A stretch of DNA of 57,117 nt, taken from NCBI GenBank assembly GCA_003445715.1, contig DMCS01000040.1:967-58083 (forward strand), read 5' to 3'. This DNA comes from Candidatus Mesolinea sp. (GTDB taxonomy: Bacteria > Chloroflexota > Anaerolineae > Anaerolineales > Anaerolineaceae). The notes below the pieces were generated by a model. It saw only the letters and a program-made list of their open reading frames with translations. It did no database searches and was not told where the DNA came from. The translations under genes were made by a program, and so were the position numbers. Of this stretch, positions 1 through 10,396 are shown piece by piece. Numbering within the stretch: position 1 is the stretch's first letter; each line of letters opens with the position of its first letter.

Positions 1-10
1 GAGGTGTTTT

Positions 11-1348
11 ATGGATGCCAAAGACTTGTTGAAACGGGTCAAGGAAGACCAGATTAAGTTTATTTCCTATCAATTTACAGATATTAATGGTGCAGTCAAA
101 TCTTTAGATGGACCTGCAGATCGTTTTGCCGAATGCTTGGATAATGGCATTTGGTTTGATGGCTCCTCAATCGAAGGATTCACACGCATTCAGGAAAGTG
201 ACATGCACTTGACGGTCGATGTGGATACCTACGCCGTGCTGCCTTGGTCACCAGAAGAAAACAAGCGCGCCAGGGTGCTGTGTGATGTGCACAAACCCAA
301 TGGGGAGCCGTTTGAGGGTGATCCGCGCGGAAGGTTGAAAGCAAACCTGAAAAAACTCAAAGAGGAACGCGGCTGGATGCTGAACATCGGTCCTGAGCCA
401 GAATTTTTCTTATTCTTACGTAATGGACATGAGAATATTCACCCTGTGCCCTATGATGTAGGCAGTTATTTTGATTTCTCCCCAAACGATCAAGCGCTCA
501 TCGTGCGCACCGAGATAATGTCAGCGCTGAAGACAATGGGTTTGGATATTGAGGTAGGCCATCATGAGGTGGCTTTAGGACAGCATGAGATTGATTTCCG
601 TTTCGATGAAGCGCTCAAAACTGCGGATAACGTACTGACTTTCAAATCAACAGTCAAAGCGATTGCAATGAAACACGGCTTGATTGCATCGTTTATGCCC
701 AAGCCAGTTTTTGGTATCAATGGATCGGGAATGCATTGCCATCAGTCCATCAGTGCCGATGGCAATAACCTCTTTTATGATAGTAACGATCCTGCTCATC
801 TTTCTCAATTAGCATATAGTTTTATTGCTGGCCAACTGAAGCACGCGAAAGCCTTTAGTGCCGTAGTCGCCCCGAGTGTCAATTCGTATAAGCGCTTAGT
901 GCCGGGTTATGAGGCGCCGGTATATATCGGCTGGGCAGAGGTCAACCGCTCGGCACTGATTCGCATTCCAAGGGTGAACAGTGGAAATAACAATGGTGTG
1001 CGCATAGAATTGCGCTGTCCTGATCCTTCAGCAAACCCTTATTTAGCTTTTAATGCGATGCTAGCAGCTGGTCTGGATGGTATAGATCAGAGGTTGGCGT
1101 GCCCAGAGCCACTAAACAATATCAACGTGTACGAGCTAAATGAGGACGAGCGCCGCGCATTTGGAATTGAAATGCTGCCCGGCTCCCTTAAAGAGGCTCT
1201 AGACGAGTTCCAGAAGGATACTGTTTTGCAAGCAGCCTTTGGCGAAACCCTCACAGAAAAGTTTGTAGATTCACGCATGGCTGAATGGGAAGCCTACCGC
1301 ATCAATGTCTCGGATTGGGAAGTGAACCGCTATTTGGAGACTCTCTAA
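11..1348 (+). CDS. glnA: Glutamine synthetase, type I
   Basis: 445-aa ORF, full-length GS-I-like. N-terminal beta-grasp region (WFDGSSIEGF) and catalytic region (GSGMHCHQS, NSYKRLVPGYEAP, RIELRCPD). SD-like GAGGTG lies upstream of the ATG. Confidence 0.95.
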   Translation: MDAKDLLKRVKEDQIKFISYQFTDINGAVKSLDGPADRFAECLDNGIWFDGSSIEGFTRIQESDMHLTVDVDTYAVLPWSPEENKRARVLCDVHKPNGEPFEGDPRGRLKANLKKLKEERGWMLNIGPEPEFFLFLRNGHENIHPVPYDVGSYFDFSPNDQALIVRTEIMSALKTMGLDIEVGHHEVALGQHEIDFRFDEALKTADNVLTFKSTVKAIAMKHGLIASFMPKPVFGINGSGMHCHQSISADGNNLFYDSNDPAHLSQLAYSFIAGQLKHAKAFSAVVAPSVNSYKRLVPGYEAPVYIGWAEVNRSALIRIPRVNSGNNNGVRIELRCPDPSANPYLAFNAMLAAGLDGIDQRLACPEPLNNINVYELNEDERRAFGIEMLPGSLKEALDEFQKDTVLQAAFGETLTEKFVDSRMAEWEAYRINVSDWEVNRYLETL

Positions 1349-1390
1349 TTTATTAATCAACTAGCGTTATCCGTAGCCAGAATATTTGGT

Positions 1391-2062
1391 ATGATTGAAG
1401 GGATGAAACCGAAACCCTTTCTACTCATTCTGTGCCTTCTGGCTGCAGTAGTTTTAAGCGGTTGTGCACCCTCTGGGTTGAGCTTCGATGAGCTGCCTTG
1501 GTTACAGCCAGGTGACGTTATTTTCCAGGACGATTTTTCGGATCCGTCTACGGGCTGGGAGAAAGCCAATTCTCCTTATGAGCTCAAAGGTTACTCCCAG
1601 GACGGCTATTTAATATCGGTTAAGCTTCCAAATTCACGTGCATGGTCAGTTGCTGATTTGCCACTCAGTGACACCGAAATTAGAGTCCAAACCCAGAAAA
1701 TCAGCGGTTCCGAAGATGCGAACTTTGGACTCATCTGCCGATTTAAGAATAAGGATAACTTTTATAGCTTTCTCATTAGCAGCGATGGCTATTACGGCAT
1801 TATGAAAGTGGAGAATGGGGTTGAAACACTGTTGGGCAGCGATCAATTTACTTTTAGTGAACAAATACATAGAGGAGACGCTGCCAATGAGATTATCGCT
1901 ACCTGTATTGGGAATGAGCTCTCCTTGAATGTCAATGGGGACCTTTTGCTGACGGTGAACGACGACAGTTTTACGTCCGGAAAGGCAGGGATGATTGTAG
2001 AAACGCGTGCAGAGGGAGATGCAGCTGTTGTTTTCTCGGATTTTGTAATAATCAAACGTTGA
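1391..2062 (+). CDS. Secreted lipoprotein, LamG/DUF1080-like jelly-roll domain (function unknown)
   Basis: 223-aa ORF. Signal peptide with lipobox (LAAVVLSGC). The beta-rich remainder resembles concanavalin-like/DUF1080 proteins. The family assignment is from memory only. Confidence 0.5.
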   Translation: MIEGMKPKPFLLILCLLAAVVLSGCAPSGLSFDELPWLQPGDVIFQDDFSDPSTGWEKANSPYELKGYSQDGYLISVKLPNSRAWSVADLPLSDTEIRVQTQKISGSEDANFGLICRFKNKDNFYSFLISSDGYYGIMKVENGVETLLGSDQFTFSEQIHRGDAANEIIATCIGNELSLNVNGDLLLTVNDDSFTSGKAGMIVETRAEGDAAVVFSDFVIIKR

Positions 2063-2063
2063 G

Positions 2064-3338
2064 ATGAAAATTTTTTTGGATATGGTTGGCTGCCGGCTCA
2101 ATCAGGCAGAGATTGAGCAGTTGGCGCTCGACTTGACTTCCCGCGGACAGGAAATTGTCGCAGAACCTGCAGAAGCGGATTTCGTGTTGATTAACACCTG
2201 CTGCGTGACAGCCAAGGCCGCAGCTGATTCGCGCAAGATGGTGCGCCACTATCAGCGTGAAACCGGTGCGAAAGTGCTGCCGATAGGTTGTTGGGTGAGC
2301 GCATTCCCGCAGGCTGCCGCGGAATTAGTTAACAGAAATGCAATTTACACCAGTGAAAATATGGATCAAATTCTTCAAATTTTTGAAAATTTAGAAACAG
2401 ATAATGCGCTGAAATGCAATGAAGCTGCTCGGCCTGATTTAGGGAACCGTACGCGCACACGGAGTTTTATCAAGGTGCAGGAAGGTTGCAACAATACCTG
2501 CAGCTATTGCCTCACGCGCATTGCCCGCGGGAAATCGAGAAGCATACCACCTGAGGAGGTTGTGCACCGCATCGGGCAAGCAGAAGATATGGGCGTGAAA
2601 GAAGTGGTGCTTACCGGCGTGCAAATTGGCTCCTGGGGGAAAGATTTGGAAGATAGTTTAAGGATTGCGGACTTGGTACAAGCAGTCTTAGCTCAAACTA
2701 GCGTGCAGAGAATTCGGATTTCCTCGATCGAGCCCTGGGATGTGGATGCGCGCTTATTAGCTTGCTTTGCAGATTCTCGCCTCTGTCCGCATTTGCACCT
2801 TCCCCTACAAAGTGGCAGTGACATCATCCTGAAGCATATGGCGCGCCCGATTACTACCAGCCGATATCGCGAGTTAATCCAAGGCATCAGCGCACTACTG
2901 CCAGAGATGGCAATCACAACCGATATAATCGTCGGTTTCCCTGGAGAAACAGATGCCCTGTTTGAGGAAACAATGCGGTTTCTTGCGGAAATGCCTTTTT
3001 CTGGCGGGCATGTGTTTAAATTTTCGCCCATGCCAGGCACACCTGCAGCTCAGCTTGAGGGTAAGGTGCCAGAGGCAATCAGCCATGTGCGCAGTAAGCA
3101 GGTACGCGATTTGCTCCAAGCCAAGACGCGTGCTATCCAAGCGCGCAAAATCGGCAACATCACTAAGGTGTTGTGGGAAAAAGGCAAGGAGAATAGCACC
3201 CAGAATAGCTACACCGGCTTTACGCCGGACTATTTCCGCGTGCGCACCCATAGCAATGTGGATCTTACAAACACGATCACGTTAACGCGTATCACCGCTT
3301 TGGAGCCCGCGGGCTTACTTTTGGGAGAGATAAATTAA
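2064..3338 (+). CDS. mtaB: Radical-SAM methylthiotransferase, MtaB/MiaB-like tRNA modification enzyme
   Basis: 424 aa. N-terminal UPF0004 domain (GCRLNQAE, INTCCVT) and radical-SAM CxxxCxxC (CNNTCSYC). The start is 2 nt after the upstream stop. Confidence 0.8.
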   Translation: MKIFLDMVGCRLNQAEIEQLALDLTSRGQEIVAEPAEADFVLINTCCVTAKAAADSRKMVRHYQRETGAKVLPIGCWVSAFPQAAAELVNRNAIYTSENMDQILQIFENLETDNALKCNEAARPDLGNRTRTRSFIKVQEGCNNTCSYCLTRIARGKSRSIPPEEVVHRIGQAEDMGVKEVVLTGVQIGSWGKDLEDSLRIADLVQAVLAQTSVQRIRISSIEPWDVDARLLACFADSRLCPHLHLPLQSGSDIILKHMARPITTSRYRELIQGISALLPEMAITTDIIVGFPGETDALFEETMRFLAEMPFSGGHVFKFSPMPGTPAAQLEGKVPEAISHVRSKQVRDLLQAKTRAIQARKIGNITKVLWEKGKENSTQNSYTGFTPDYFRVRTHSNVDLTNTITLTRITALEPAGLLLGEIN

Positions 3339-3397
3339 GGACTTTCAGAATTGCCTTAGATACAAACCACCCCGTACAAACCCCGCACAACTTGCGC

Positions 3398-3427
3398 TTG
3401 ACGCAAATCAGACTAATCAGGTAAAAT
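3398..3427 (+). promoter_or_regulatory. Candidate sigma70-type promoter for rpmH-rnpA operon
   Basis: TTGACG (3398-3403), 18-nt spacer, TAAAAT (3422-3427), about 70 nt upstream of the rpmH start. Sequence pattern only. Confidence 0.35.
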
Positions 3428-3499
3428 CTAAAGGTTAAAAATATAAAAATACTCTGCAGCCATGCATCTGGTGTGCAGGAGCTTGAAAGGATTTATGAA

Positions 3500-3670
3500 A
3501 TGCCCAAACGAACTTATCAGCCCAAAGTCCGCCGACGGGTGCGTGTGCATGGTTTCCGTGCGCGCATGTCTACGAGCGATGGTCGGAATGTGCTTAAGCG
3601 CCGACGCTTACGCGGCCGCCACCGCCTTACGCCCAAGGCGAACAACCATGTCAAGAAGGTGCGCTGGTAG
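3500..3670 (+). CDS. rpmH: 50S ribosomal protein L34
   Basis: [43 protein letters not shown] matches the L34 consensus. I chose the internal ATG at 3500 rather than the ORF-track start at 3473. About 11 extra C-terminal residues compared with typical L34. Confidence 0.9.
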   Translation: MPKRTYQPKVRRRVRVHGFRARMSTSDGRNVLKRRRLRGRHRLTPKANNHVKKVRW

Positions 3671-3686
3671 AAGAAGTCAGGTTTGA

Positions 3687-4082
3687 TTGTGCCCAGAAAA
3701 ATTGCGCAAATCCATAACTTGCATCAAGAGCTCGCAGGAAATTCATGCCATCCGCCGAAGCGGTCAATCTGTTTCAGACGAGCGGATGGCTTTGGTGTTT
3801 CTGCCAAACGGATTAGATTATTCTCGTGCAGCTGTGCTAGCGAGTAAGGCCGTAGGCGGTGCAGTGCAGCGCAATCGCTGCAAACGGATCCTACGTGCGC
3901 GCTTAGCGCAATTCTGGGAAGAAATCAAACCCGGATTTGACATTTTGGTGATTGCCCGCAAGCGTCTCTTAGAATCTACCACAGCAGAGGTCGATCAGAC
4001 ATTTCAGGAGTTGCTTGTACGGGCGGGCTTAAACGAAAATAAAATTGATGACAGAACAAACCATACCGGTAACGGAACATAA
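3687..4082 (+). CDS. rnpA: Ribonuclease P protein component
   Basis: 131 aa with a TTG start. RNR-type motif [13 protein letters not shown]. Canonical position directly after rpmH. Confidence 0.85.
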   Translation: MCPEKLRKSITCIKSSQEIHAIRRSGQSVSDERMALVFLPNGLDYSRAAVLASKAVGGAVQRNRCKRILRARLAQFWEEIKPGFDILVIARKRLLESTTAEVDQTFQELLVRAGLNENKIDDRTNHTGNGT

Positions 4083-4344
4083 CCACATTGATCCTCCTTT
4101 GAAGGATCTCCCTATTACGTTGAAGAACTTTCCGCGTCTGGTAGTTCTATTACTAATCAGGGCATATCAAATCGTAGTATCGCCAACCTTACCGCCTAAT
4201 ACTTGCCGCTACTACCCGACTTGTTCACATTACGGTTATCAAGCAGTATATAAATATGGTGCAATCAAAGGGAGCTGGATGGCATTTAAACGCATTTTGC
4301 GCTGTAACCCGTTTAACCCTGGCGGTTACGATCCAGTCCCATGA
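4045..4344 (+). CDS. yidD: Membrane protein insertion efficiency factor YidD
   Basis: Conserved core [38 protein letters not shown]. The start is uncertain and overlaps the rnpA 3' end. Confidence 0.85.
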   Translation: MMTEQTIPVTEHNHIDPPLKDLPITLKNFPRLVVLLLIRAYQIVVSPTLPPNTCRYYPTCSHYGYQAVYKYGAIKGSWMAFKRILRCNPFNPGGYDPVP

Positions 4345-5426
4345 ATTTTTGGAGAAATATGAAGAAACATTTTGGTTTAATCTTGATGCTGGTCTTAGCC
4401 GCTTTGGTGTTAGGCGGCTGTGCGATGGGTCCCCGCGCTGATGGCACGCCTGGCGTAAGCGCAGATGAAACGGCAGCCTACGTTTCTTACCAGCAATTTG
4501 TGTATAAAATCGATGCGGCTACGGGTACGGAAGTTTGGCGCTACCCGCAAAACGCGTCAGCCCAAATCGCTTTTTATGCGCCCCCTCTGTTGGCAGATGG
4601 GAATTTGTATGTGGGAGATCTTGCCAACAGATTCCAGCGGCTTTCAGCAGAAAATGGCAATGTCGATTGGATATTTAGCGAAGCAAAAGGATGGTTCGAA
4701 GCTAAAGCAGCCACCGATGGAAAATATATTATCGCGCCGAACCTTGACCGTAACGTATATTCCCTGACCGTTGATGGTACGTTGGCGTGGACCTATTCCA
4801 GTGAATTTGGTTTTTTAGCGGAACCTGTCGTTGTAGAGGATAAGGTTTATATTAGCTCAATGGATCACCACTTAGTTGCACTAGATATCGCTACAGGTGA
4901 TGTCCTCTGGAAAACCAAACTGAATGGCGCCTTAGTTTCCGCACCCTATTACGACGCCGAGAGCGAGGCTTTGTTCGTAGGTGGCATGGGAAAAGAGCTT
5001 ACTGCTGTAGACAGCCAGAGCGGTGAGATTCTTTGGGTTTTCAATAATAATGGTGAATTATCCAGCGTGTGGGCAACACCGGTGATGTTCGATGGCAGCG
5101 TTGTTTTTTCAGATGAAAGCGGAAAGATTTTTGGCTTGAACCCCGCTGACGGTTCTGTGAATTGGGCTTTGGACGCAGGCGGCAATGTTACCGCCGGCAT
5201 CCTTCCTCTGGAAAGCAGTTTTGTTATTGTCCGCGAGGACGGCACACTAACTGTCTATAATATGAGCGATCGTGCTCCCGTTTGGACCCGCACTATAGAG
5301 GGTCAGGTGTATTCAACACCTATCCTAGTTGGCGATAAAATTTTCATTGGTGTAAAGGGCAGCGTTTTGCTTCAAGCCTATGATCTCAACGGAAATTTAG
5401 TCTGGTCATTTACACCTGGAAGTTAA
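4341..5426 (+). CDS. PQQ-like (BamB-type) beta-propeller repeat lipoprotein
   Basis: 361 aa. Lipobox LVLGGC. Repeated motifs of the form 'G..(V/L)W(R/T/K/V)(Y/F)' spaced about 40 aa apart, typical of PQQ-like propeller blades. ATGA overlap with the yidD stop. Confidence 0.75.
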   Translation: MNFWRNMKKHFGLILMLVLAALVLGGCAMGPRADGTPGVSADETAAYVSYQQFVYKIDAATGTEVWRYPQNASAQIAFYAPPLLADGNLYVGDLANRFQRLSAENGNVDWIFSEAKGWFEAKAATDGKYIIAPNLDRNVYSLTVDGTLAWTYSSEFGFLAEPVVVEDKVYISSMDHHLVALDIATGDVLWKTKLNGALVSAPYYDAESEALFVGGMGKELTAVDSQSGEILWVFNNNGELSSVWATPVMFDGSVVFSDESGKIFGLNPADGSVNWALDAGGNVTAGILPLESSFVIVREDGTLTVYNMSDRAPVWTRTIEGQVYSTPILVGDKIFIGVKGSVLLQAYDLNGNLVWSFTPGS

Positions 5427-5441
5427 AAGGAAGAAAAAGTT

Positions 5442-6350
5442 ATGTGGGATACAATTATTGTTCAACCCTTTACAAATATTTTGTTGGGAATAACCCTTGG
5501 GGTTAATAATTTTGGCATTGCCATCATTTTATTTACTTTGTTGATTAAGTTAGTTACTTACCCCCTTACAGCTAAACAAATGAAACAGACCAGAGCGATG
5601 ACTGAGTTGCAAAACAGTCCACGCTATAAAAAGATGATGGAAAAGTATAAAGATAACCAAGAAAAACTCGTCGAAGAACGATCGAAGCTTTTTCGTGAAG
5701 CTAAAGTGAACCCGGCGGGTTGCTTATTGTCATCGATTATCCAAATACCAATCATTTTGGGCCTTTACCAGAGCATTATTAAGGTCATGGCTGCCACGCC
5801 ATTGGAACTGATAAAGTTGGAGCGCATGATTTATCCTTTCTTGGATTCCAGTAAGATTCTTCCCGTTCAGAACCACTTCTTGTGGATGGATCTGGGTCAA
5901 CCCGAAAGGCTTGTGGTGGGTGGGGTCTCGATTCCAGTGCTCACAATCCTTGTAGTTTTAACGACATGGATTCAAGGTAAAGTGACGGCAACACCTTCTG
6001 GCGGGGCAAACGACCAAGGAGCAGCGATGTCTAAGAGCATGAATCTGTATATGCCCTTGCTTATGGGCTGGATTTCTTTCACGCTTGCCTCTGGGTTAGC
6101 GCTGTACTTCTTAGCCACCAACGTTGCCACAATAATTCAATATTCGATACAGGGTACGACAGATTGGTCCAAAATACTCCCCTTTATAAAGCCTAAGCCG
6201 GCCCTGGCGCCAGCTTCTAACTTGCCAGCAACTTTACTTGAAGTCCCAGAGGATGAGCCAACCCCAGAACCAAAGAAATCTACACCAAAGCCTTCTGCGC
6301 GCGCTGCAGTAAAGCAGCAGAGGCCGCCACAGAAACGCAAAAAGAAATAG
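5442..6350 (+). CDS. yidC: YidC/Oxa1-family membrane protein insertase (short form)
   Basis: 302 aa with multiple TM helices. Conserved PLTAKQMKQTRAM..LQ and NPAGCLL..IQIPI motifs. Basic C-terminal tail (QKRKKK). Confidence 0.9.
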   Translation: MWDTIIVQPFTNILLGITLGVNNFGIAIILFTLLIKLVTYPLTAKQMKQTRAMTELQNSPRYKKMMEKYKDNQEKLVEERSKLFREAKVNPAGCLLSSIIQIPIILGLYQSIIKVMAATPLELIKLERMIYPFLDSSKILPVQNHFLWMDLGQPERLVVGGVSIPVLTILVVLTTWIQGKVTATPSGGANDQGAAMSKSMNLYMPLLMGWISFTLASGLALYFLATNVATIIQYSIQGTTDWSKILPFIKPKPALAPASNLPATLLEVPEDEPTPEPKKSTPKPSARAAVKQQRPPQKRKKK

Positions 6351-6365
6351 TAAAGGGGTGTATTA

Positions 6366-7145
6366 ATGCATAAAAGTAAAACAACCTTAGAAGTCATCGC
6401 ACCCACTATTGAAGAGGCGATTGATAAAGGCCTTTCTGAGATGGGCCTTACCGAAGACGATGTGGAAATAGAAGTTTTGGATGAAGGCAAACGCAATATT
6501 TTTCATTTTGCCACACGCCAAGCACGTATTCGCCTGACCGTTAAGGATTCGAACCGCGCGATTTACAATGGTTCCGAGTTAACACAATCTGCATCACAGC
6601 CTGTGTTGGAAGAAGCACCCAAGGAAGTAAAACCGATTATCACGCCAGATACTGGACAAGAAAAAATCTCGATTGAACAACAGGTTGCCAAAGAGACAAC
6701 GCTGGAACTGTTAGAGAAGATGGGTGTCAAGGCGGGTGTGAGCGTAGGTTTTGCTGAAACTGAAGCAGACGAGAAACCTGTGATTACGGTGAATATCGAA
6801 GGAGAAGACCTAAGCTTCCTCATCGGGCGCAAGGCAGAAACGCTCAACGCGCTTCAATATCTCCTTAGCCTCATCATTGCGCATAAACTGAACTATTGGG
6901 TTCCGATTCAAGTCGACATACAGCACTATCGCACGAGGCGGGAAAATGAATTGAAGAAATTAGCCCGTCGTGCAGCAGATCAGGTGCAAAAGACGGGACG
7001 AAAGCAAGTTTTAGAGCCTATGCCCCCGAATGAACGACGAATTGTTCATATGGCGCTGCGGGAAAATGCGCATGTTTACACTGAATCTACTGGAGAGGAA
7101 CCTTACCGTAAGGTAAGCGTCTATCCTGCTGAGGATCAAGAATAA
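6366..7145 (+). CDS. jag: Jag/KhpB RNA-binding protein (Jag_N-KH-R3H)
   Basis: 259 aa. C-terminal R3H region (PNERRIVHMALRE). Canonical position after yidC. Confidence 0.85.
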   Translation: MHKSKTTLEVIAPTIEEAIDKGLSEMGLTEDDVEIEVLDEGKRNIFHFATRQARIRLTVKDSNRAIYNGSELTQSASQPVLEEAPKEVKPIITPDTGQEKISIEQQVAKETTLELLEKMGVKAGVSVGFAETEADEKPVITVNIEGEDLSFLIGRKAETLNALQYLLSLIIAHKLNYWVPIQVDIQHYRTRRENELKKLARRAADQVQKTGRKQVLEPMPPNERRIVHMALRENAHVYTESTGEEPYRKVSVYPAEDQE

Positions 7146-7163
7146 TCAAAAGGTTAAAAGCAA

Positions 7164-8471
7164 ATGCGCGCTGTTGATTTAATCATTAAAAAACGGGATA
7201 AGCTTGCCTTGACCAATGATGAGCTTGAATTTTTGGTTCAAGGCTATACCCAAGGCACAATCCCAGATTATCAAATGGCAGCCTTTGCGATGGCGGTTAC
7301 GCTGAATGGGATGACCCATCAGGAAACGACTGACCTTACAATGGCTATGGCGCACTCTGGCGAGATTCTAGACCTCAGCCAAGCAGCACCCATCGTGGTG
7401 GACAAGCATTCCACTGGTGGAGTAGGGGATAAAACGACTCTCACCGTTGCACCGCTTGTAGCTGCTTGCGGTTTACCGGTCGGGAAAATGTCTGGTCGTG
7501 GCTTAGGTTTTAGCGGTGGGACTATCGACAAGCTGGAATCAATTCCCGGGATTAAACTCGATCTAACCACAGAAGAGTTTATCCGCCAACTCAAAGAGAT
7601 CGGCATTGTCTTGACCGGTCAAAGCGCGGACTTAGCACCAGCCGATGGCAAGCTTTACGCGCTACGAGACGTCACCGGCACAGTAGAATCCATTCCCCTC
7701 ATCGCTTCCTCCATCATGAGCAAGAAGATTGCCGCAGGAGCGCATGCGATTGTTTTAGACGTCAAAGTAGGTAAAGGCGCATTTATGCCTACTTTAGAAA
7801 AGGCACGTGAACTTGCTGAGGAAATGGTTGCTATTGGGGAGCTCAGCGGAAGGCGAGTCATCGCTGTGCTTTCGCCTATGGACCAACCGCTGGGTAATGC
7901 TGTAGGAAATGCTCTCGAGCTCCGAGAAGCAGTTGAAATGCTGCACGGTGTAGGACCTGAGGATTATCGCTATCACTGCCTGCATTTGGCTGCATATATG
8001 CTCATTTTAGGGCAGAAAGCACCTGATATAGAAACAGGCTTAGCTATGGCTGAGCGAGCAAGGCAAGATGGCAGTGGTTTGCAGAAGTTCCGAGAGCTGG
8101 TTATCGCACAACATGGTGATGTGAGCACCATTGACAACCTCGATGAACTTCCTAAGGCTAAGTTTATTGAACTTGTTTTGGCTGAAAAAAGCGGCTGGGT
8201 AAACAGCGTAAACGCTAGGGAAGTGGGTGAGACCTCGGTCCAATTGGGCGCTGGCAGAGAAAAGAAAGGCGATCCGATCGATCCAGCAGTGGGGATCATG
8301 GTTTATGCCAAAATTGGCGATCAAGTTCAGGCAGGTCAGACTGTATTTGAGATTCACGCCAATGATTATGAAAAACTTATTCAGGCGAAAGAGCGCTTAA
8401 AAAAAGCCATTGAAATTACACAAGACCGGGTGGAAAGACCGCCGTATTTTCACGGCGTGATAGGATTATGA
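7164..8471 (+). CDS. pdp: Pyrimidine-nucleoside (thymidine) phosphorylase
   Basis: 435 aa. HSTGGVGDKT phosphate-binding motif, SGRGLGFSGGTIDKLESIPG, and a C-terminal PYNP_C-like domain. Confidence 0.9.
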   Translation: MRAVDLIIKKRDKLALTNDELEFLVQGYTQGTIPDYQMAAFAMAVTLNGMTHQETTDLTMAMAHSGEILDLSQAAPIVVDKHSTGGVGDKTTLTVAPLVAACGLPVGKMSGRGLGFSGGTIDKLESIPGIKLDLTTEEFIRQLKEIGIVLTGQSADLAPADGKLYALRDVTGTVESIPLIASSIMSKKIAAGAHAIVLDVKVGKGAFMPTLEKARELAEEMVAIGELSGRRVIAVLSPMDQPLGNAVGNALELREAVEMLHGVGPEDYRYHCLHLAAYMLILGQKAPDIETGLAMAERARQDGSGLQKFRELVIAQHGDVSTIDNLDELPKAKFIELVLAEKSGWVNSVNAREVGETSVQLGAGREKKGDPIDPAVGIMVYAKIGDQVQAGQTVFEIHANDYEKLIQAKERLKKAIEITQDRVERPPYFHGVIGL

Positions 8472-8481
8472 TGAACATCGG

Positions 8482-8504
8482 AACCCGGGCAACCGGGTTT
8501 TTTT
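8482..8504 (+). terminator. Rho-independent terminator after pdp
   Basis: Stem AACCCGG (8482-8488) / CCGGGTT (8493-8499), loop GCAA, followed by a T-run to 8504. Confidence 0.6.
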
Positions 8505-8527
8505 ATAAGTGAGAAGAAGAGGATTAA

Positions 8528-10384
8528 TTGATTACTGAAAGAACTGACCTACGCAATATTGCCATTATTGCCCATGTTGACCATGGTAAGACGACGCTAA
8601 TAGACTCGATGCTGCGCCAAGCGAAGATTTTCCGCGAAAATCAGCGCGTACAGGAGCGCATCATGGATTCTAACGACCTGGAGCGTGAGCGTGGAATTAC
8701 GATCTTAGCAAAAAACACTGCTATCAGCATACCCAACCCCAAAACCGGCGAATTGGTAAAGATCAATATCGTCGATACACCTGGTCATGCTGATTTTGGT
8801 GGAGAAGTAGAGCGCATTATGAACATGGTGGATGGTGTGCTTTTGCTGGTGGATGCCGCCGAGGGACCTAAACCACAAACCCGCTTTGTGCTCAAACAAG
8901 CTATCACTAAGAACCTGAAAACGATTGTGGTGATCAATAAACTGGACCGAAAGGATGCCGATGTTGAAAGCGCAATTAATAACACCTTTGACCTGTTTGT
9001 GGAATTAGGCGCAAGTGATGAATTAACAGATTTTCCGATAATTTATGCCAATGGGCTGGAAGGCAAATCAGGGCTTACCCCTAATCTGGACAATGATTTG
9101 CATGCTTTGTTTACGTGTATTTCGGATAACATTCCTACCCCAAAGGTGGATCTAGAGGCACCTTTTCAGATGCTGGTCACCAATCTTGGTTATGATGAAT
9201 ACAGTGGGGTTACCGCCGTTGGGCGTATCCATGCCGGTAAATTGACCACTGGTCAAATGTTAGCGCGCATCAAGCACGATGGCAGCCTTGAAAAGGTTCA
9301 AGCGCGCTATGTGTACGCATTCCAGGGATTAGATAAAGTGTTGGTTGATCGTGTGGAAGCCGGTGAGATTATTACCATTGGAGGGCTTAAGGATATCCAA
9401 ATTGGAGAGACTTTAGCTGATCTCGAAAATCCAGTAGCGTTGCCTATAATCACAGTGCAGCAGCCTACAGTGCAAATGACCTTTGGAGTTAATACTTCAC
9501 CATTTTCAGGTCAGGAGGGGAAGTGGAGTACATCTCGCAAGCTATTGGAAAGACTACAAGATGAATTGCGTACGAATATAGCATTGCGTGTGGAGCAAAC
9601 CGACGCAAACGATGTCTTTCTCGTCTCCGGAAGAGGTGAGTTGCATTTGGGCATCCTCATCGAAACAATGCGGCGCGAAGGCTATGAATTCCAAGTTTCT
9701 CGCCCTGAGGCGATTGTGGTCACAGGTGAAGATGGTAAAAAGGTCGAACCTTTTGAGGAAGTGCATGTGGATGTCGATCCAGATTATGTTGGCGCAGTGG
9801 TGGAGCTCCTCGGTCAGCGGCGCGGAAAGATGACCAATATGATCAATAACCCTGATAATACTGTGCATCTGACCTATGAAATGCCCACACGGGGGTTGTT
9901 GGGTTTCCGTTACAAATTCCTCACAATCACGCGTGGAAAAGGCGTGTTGAACTCTTTCTATATTGGACTTCGACCGCTAGAAGGACCAATTGAAACAAAA
10001 CAAGCCAGCTCAATCGTCGCGCGGGAGACCGGCGTCACCACCACTTTTGGCTTGAGGAATGCTGAGCAGCGGGGTCAACTTTTTGTTGGGCCGGGTGTTC
10101 CCGTTTATGAAGGTATGATCGTAGGTGAAACACCAAGGCCGCAGGATTTATCCATCAACGTAGCAAAGAAGAAACATCTAACTAACATGCGCCAATCCAT
10201 TCGCGACCTGGAGGATAAACTCAATCCACCGCGATCGCTCAGCTTGGATGAAATGATCGAATATATTGGTCCAGATGAACTTTTGGAAGTGACACCGCAA
10301 AGTCTGCGGATGCGCAAGCGCATTTTAGAGACGCACGAACGCCTGCGTTATGAAAAAACTGGTGAGGTCGTAGAAGACGACTAA
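8528..10384 (+). CDS. typA: Translational GTPase TypA/BipA
   Basis: 618 aa. G1 [10 protein letters not shown]3 DTPGHADF, G4 NKLD. Full-length similarity pattern to BipA. TTG start. Confidence 0.95.
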   Translation: MITERTDLRNIAIIAHVDHGKTTLIDSMLRQAKIFRENQRVQERIMDSNDLERERGITILAKNTAISIPNPKTGELVKINIVDTPGHADFGGEVERIMNMVDGVLLLVDAAEGPKPQTRFVLKQAITKNLKTIVVINKLDRKDADVESAINNTFDLFVELGASDELTDFPIIYANGLEGKSGLTPNLDNDLHALFTCISDNIPTPKVDLEAPFQMLVTNLGYDEYSGVTAVGRIHAGKLTTGQMLARIKHDGSLEKVQARYVYAFQGLDKVLVDRVEAGEIITIGGLKDIQIGETLADLENPVALPIITVQQPTVQMTFGVNTSPFSGQEGKWSTSRKLLERLQDELRTNIALRVEQTDANDVFLVSGRGELHLGILIETMRREGYEFQVSRPEAIVVTGEDGKKVEPFEEVHVDVDPDYVGAVVELLGQRRGKMTNMINNPDNTVHLTYEMPTRGLLGFRYKFLTITRGKGVLNSFYIGLRPLEGPIETKQASSIVARETGVTTTFGLRNAEQRGQLFVGPGVPVYEGMIVGETPRPQDLSINVAKKKHLTNMRQSIRDLEDKLNPPRSLSLDEMIEYIGPDELLEVTPQSLRMRKRILETHERLRYEKTGEVVEDD

Positions 10385-10396
10385 TTATCTGGGGAA

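Noticed and set aside
1646-2101. 151-aa antisense ORF inside the lipoprotein gene, plus many similar antisense or shadow ORFs (for example 2693-3040, 2895-3251, 6137-6496, 7973-8299, 18116-18553, 31531-31932, 36335-36862, 38793-39203, 45026-45433, 46426-46809, 49008-49397, 55163-55660, 56173-56604)
   Set aside because: All lie within, and opposite or out of frame to, strongly supported conserved genes. Their translations are low-complexity (Ser/Arg/Pro/Cys-rich) with no motifs.
3339-3499. Replication origin / dnaA next to rpmH
   Set aside because: rpmH-rnpA is often adjacent to dnaA and oriC. Here the upstream neighbour is mtaB on the same strand. The 160-nt spacer shows no cluster of DnaA-box-like TTATCCACA 9-mers.
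3462-3686. 74-aa alternative-frame ORF over rpmH, and the 3473 start of the rpmH frame
   Set aside because: The alternative frame gives a Cys/Arg-rich nonsense-like peptide. The L34 consensus starts at MPKRTYQP (3500).
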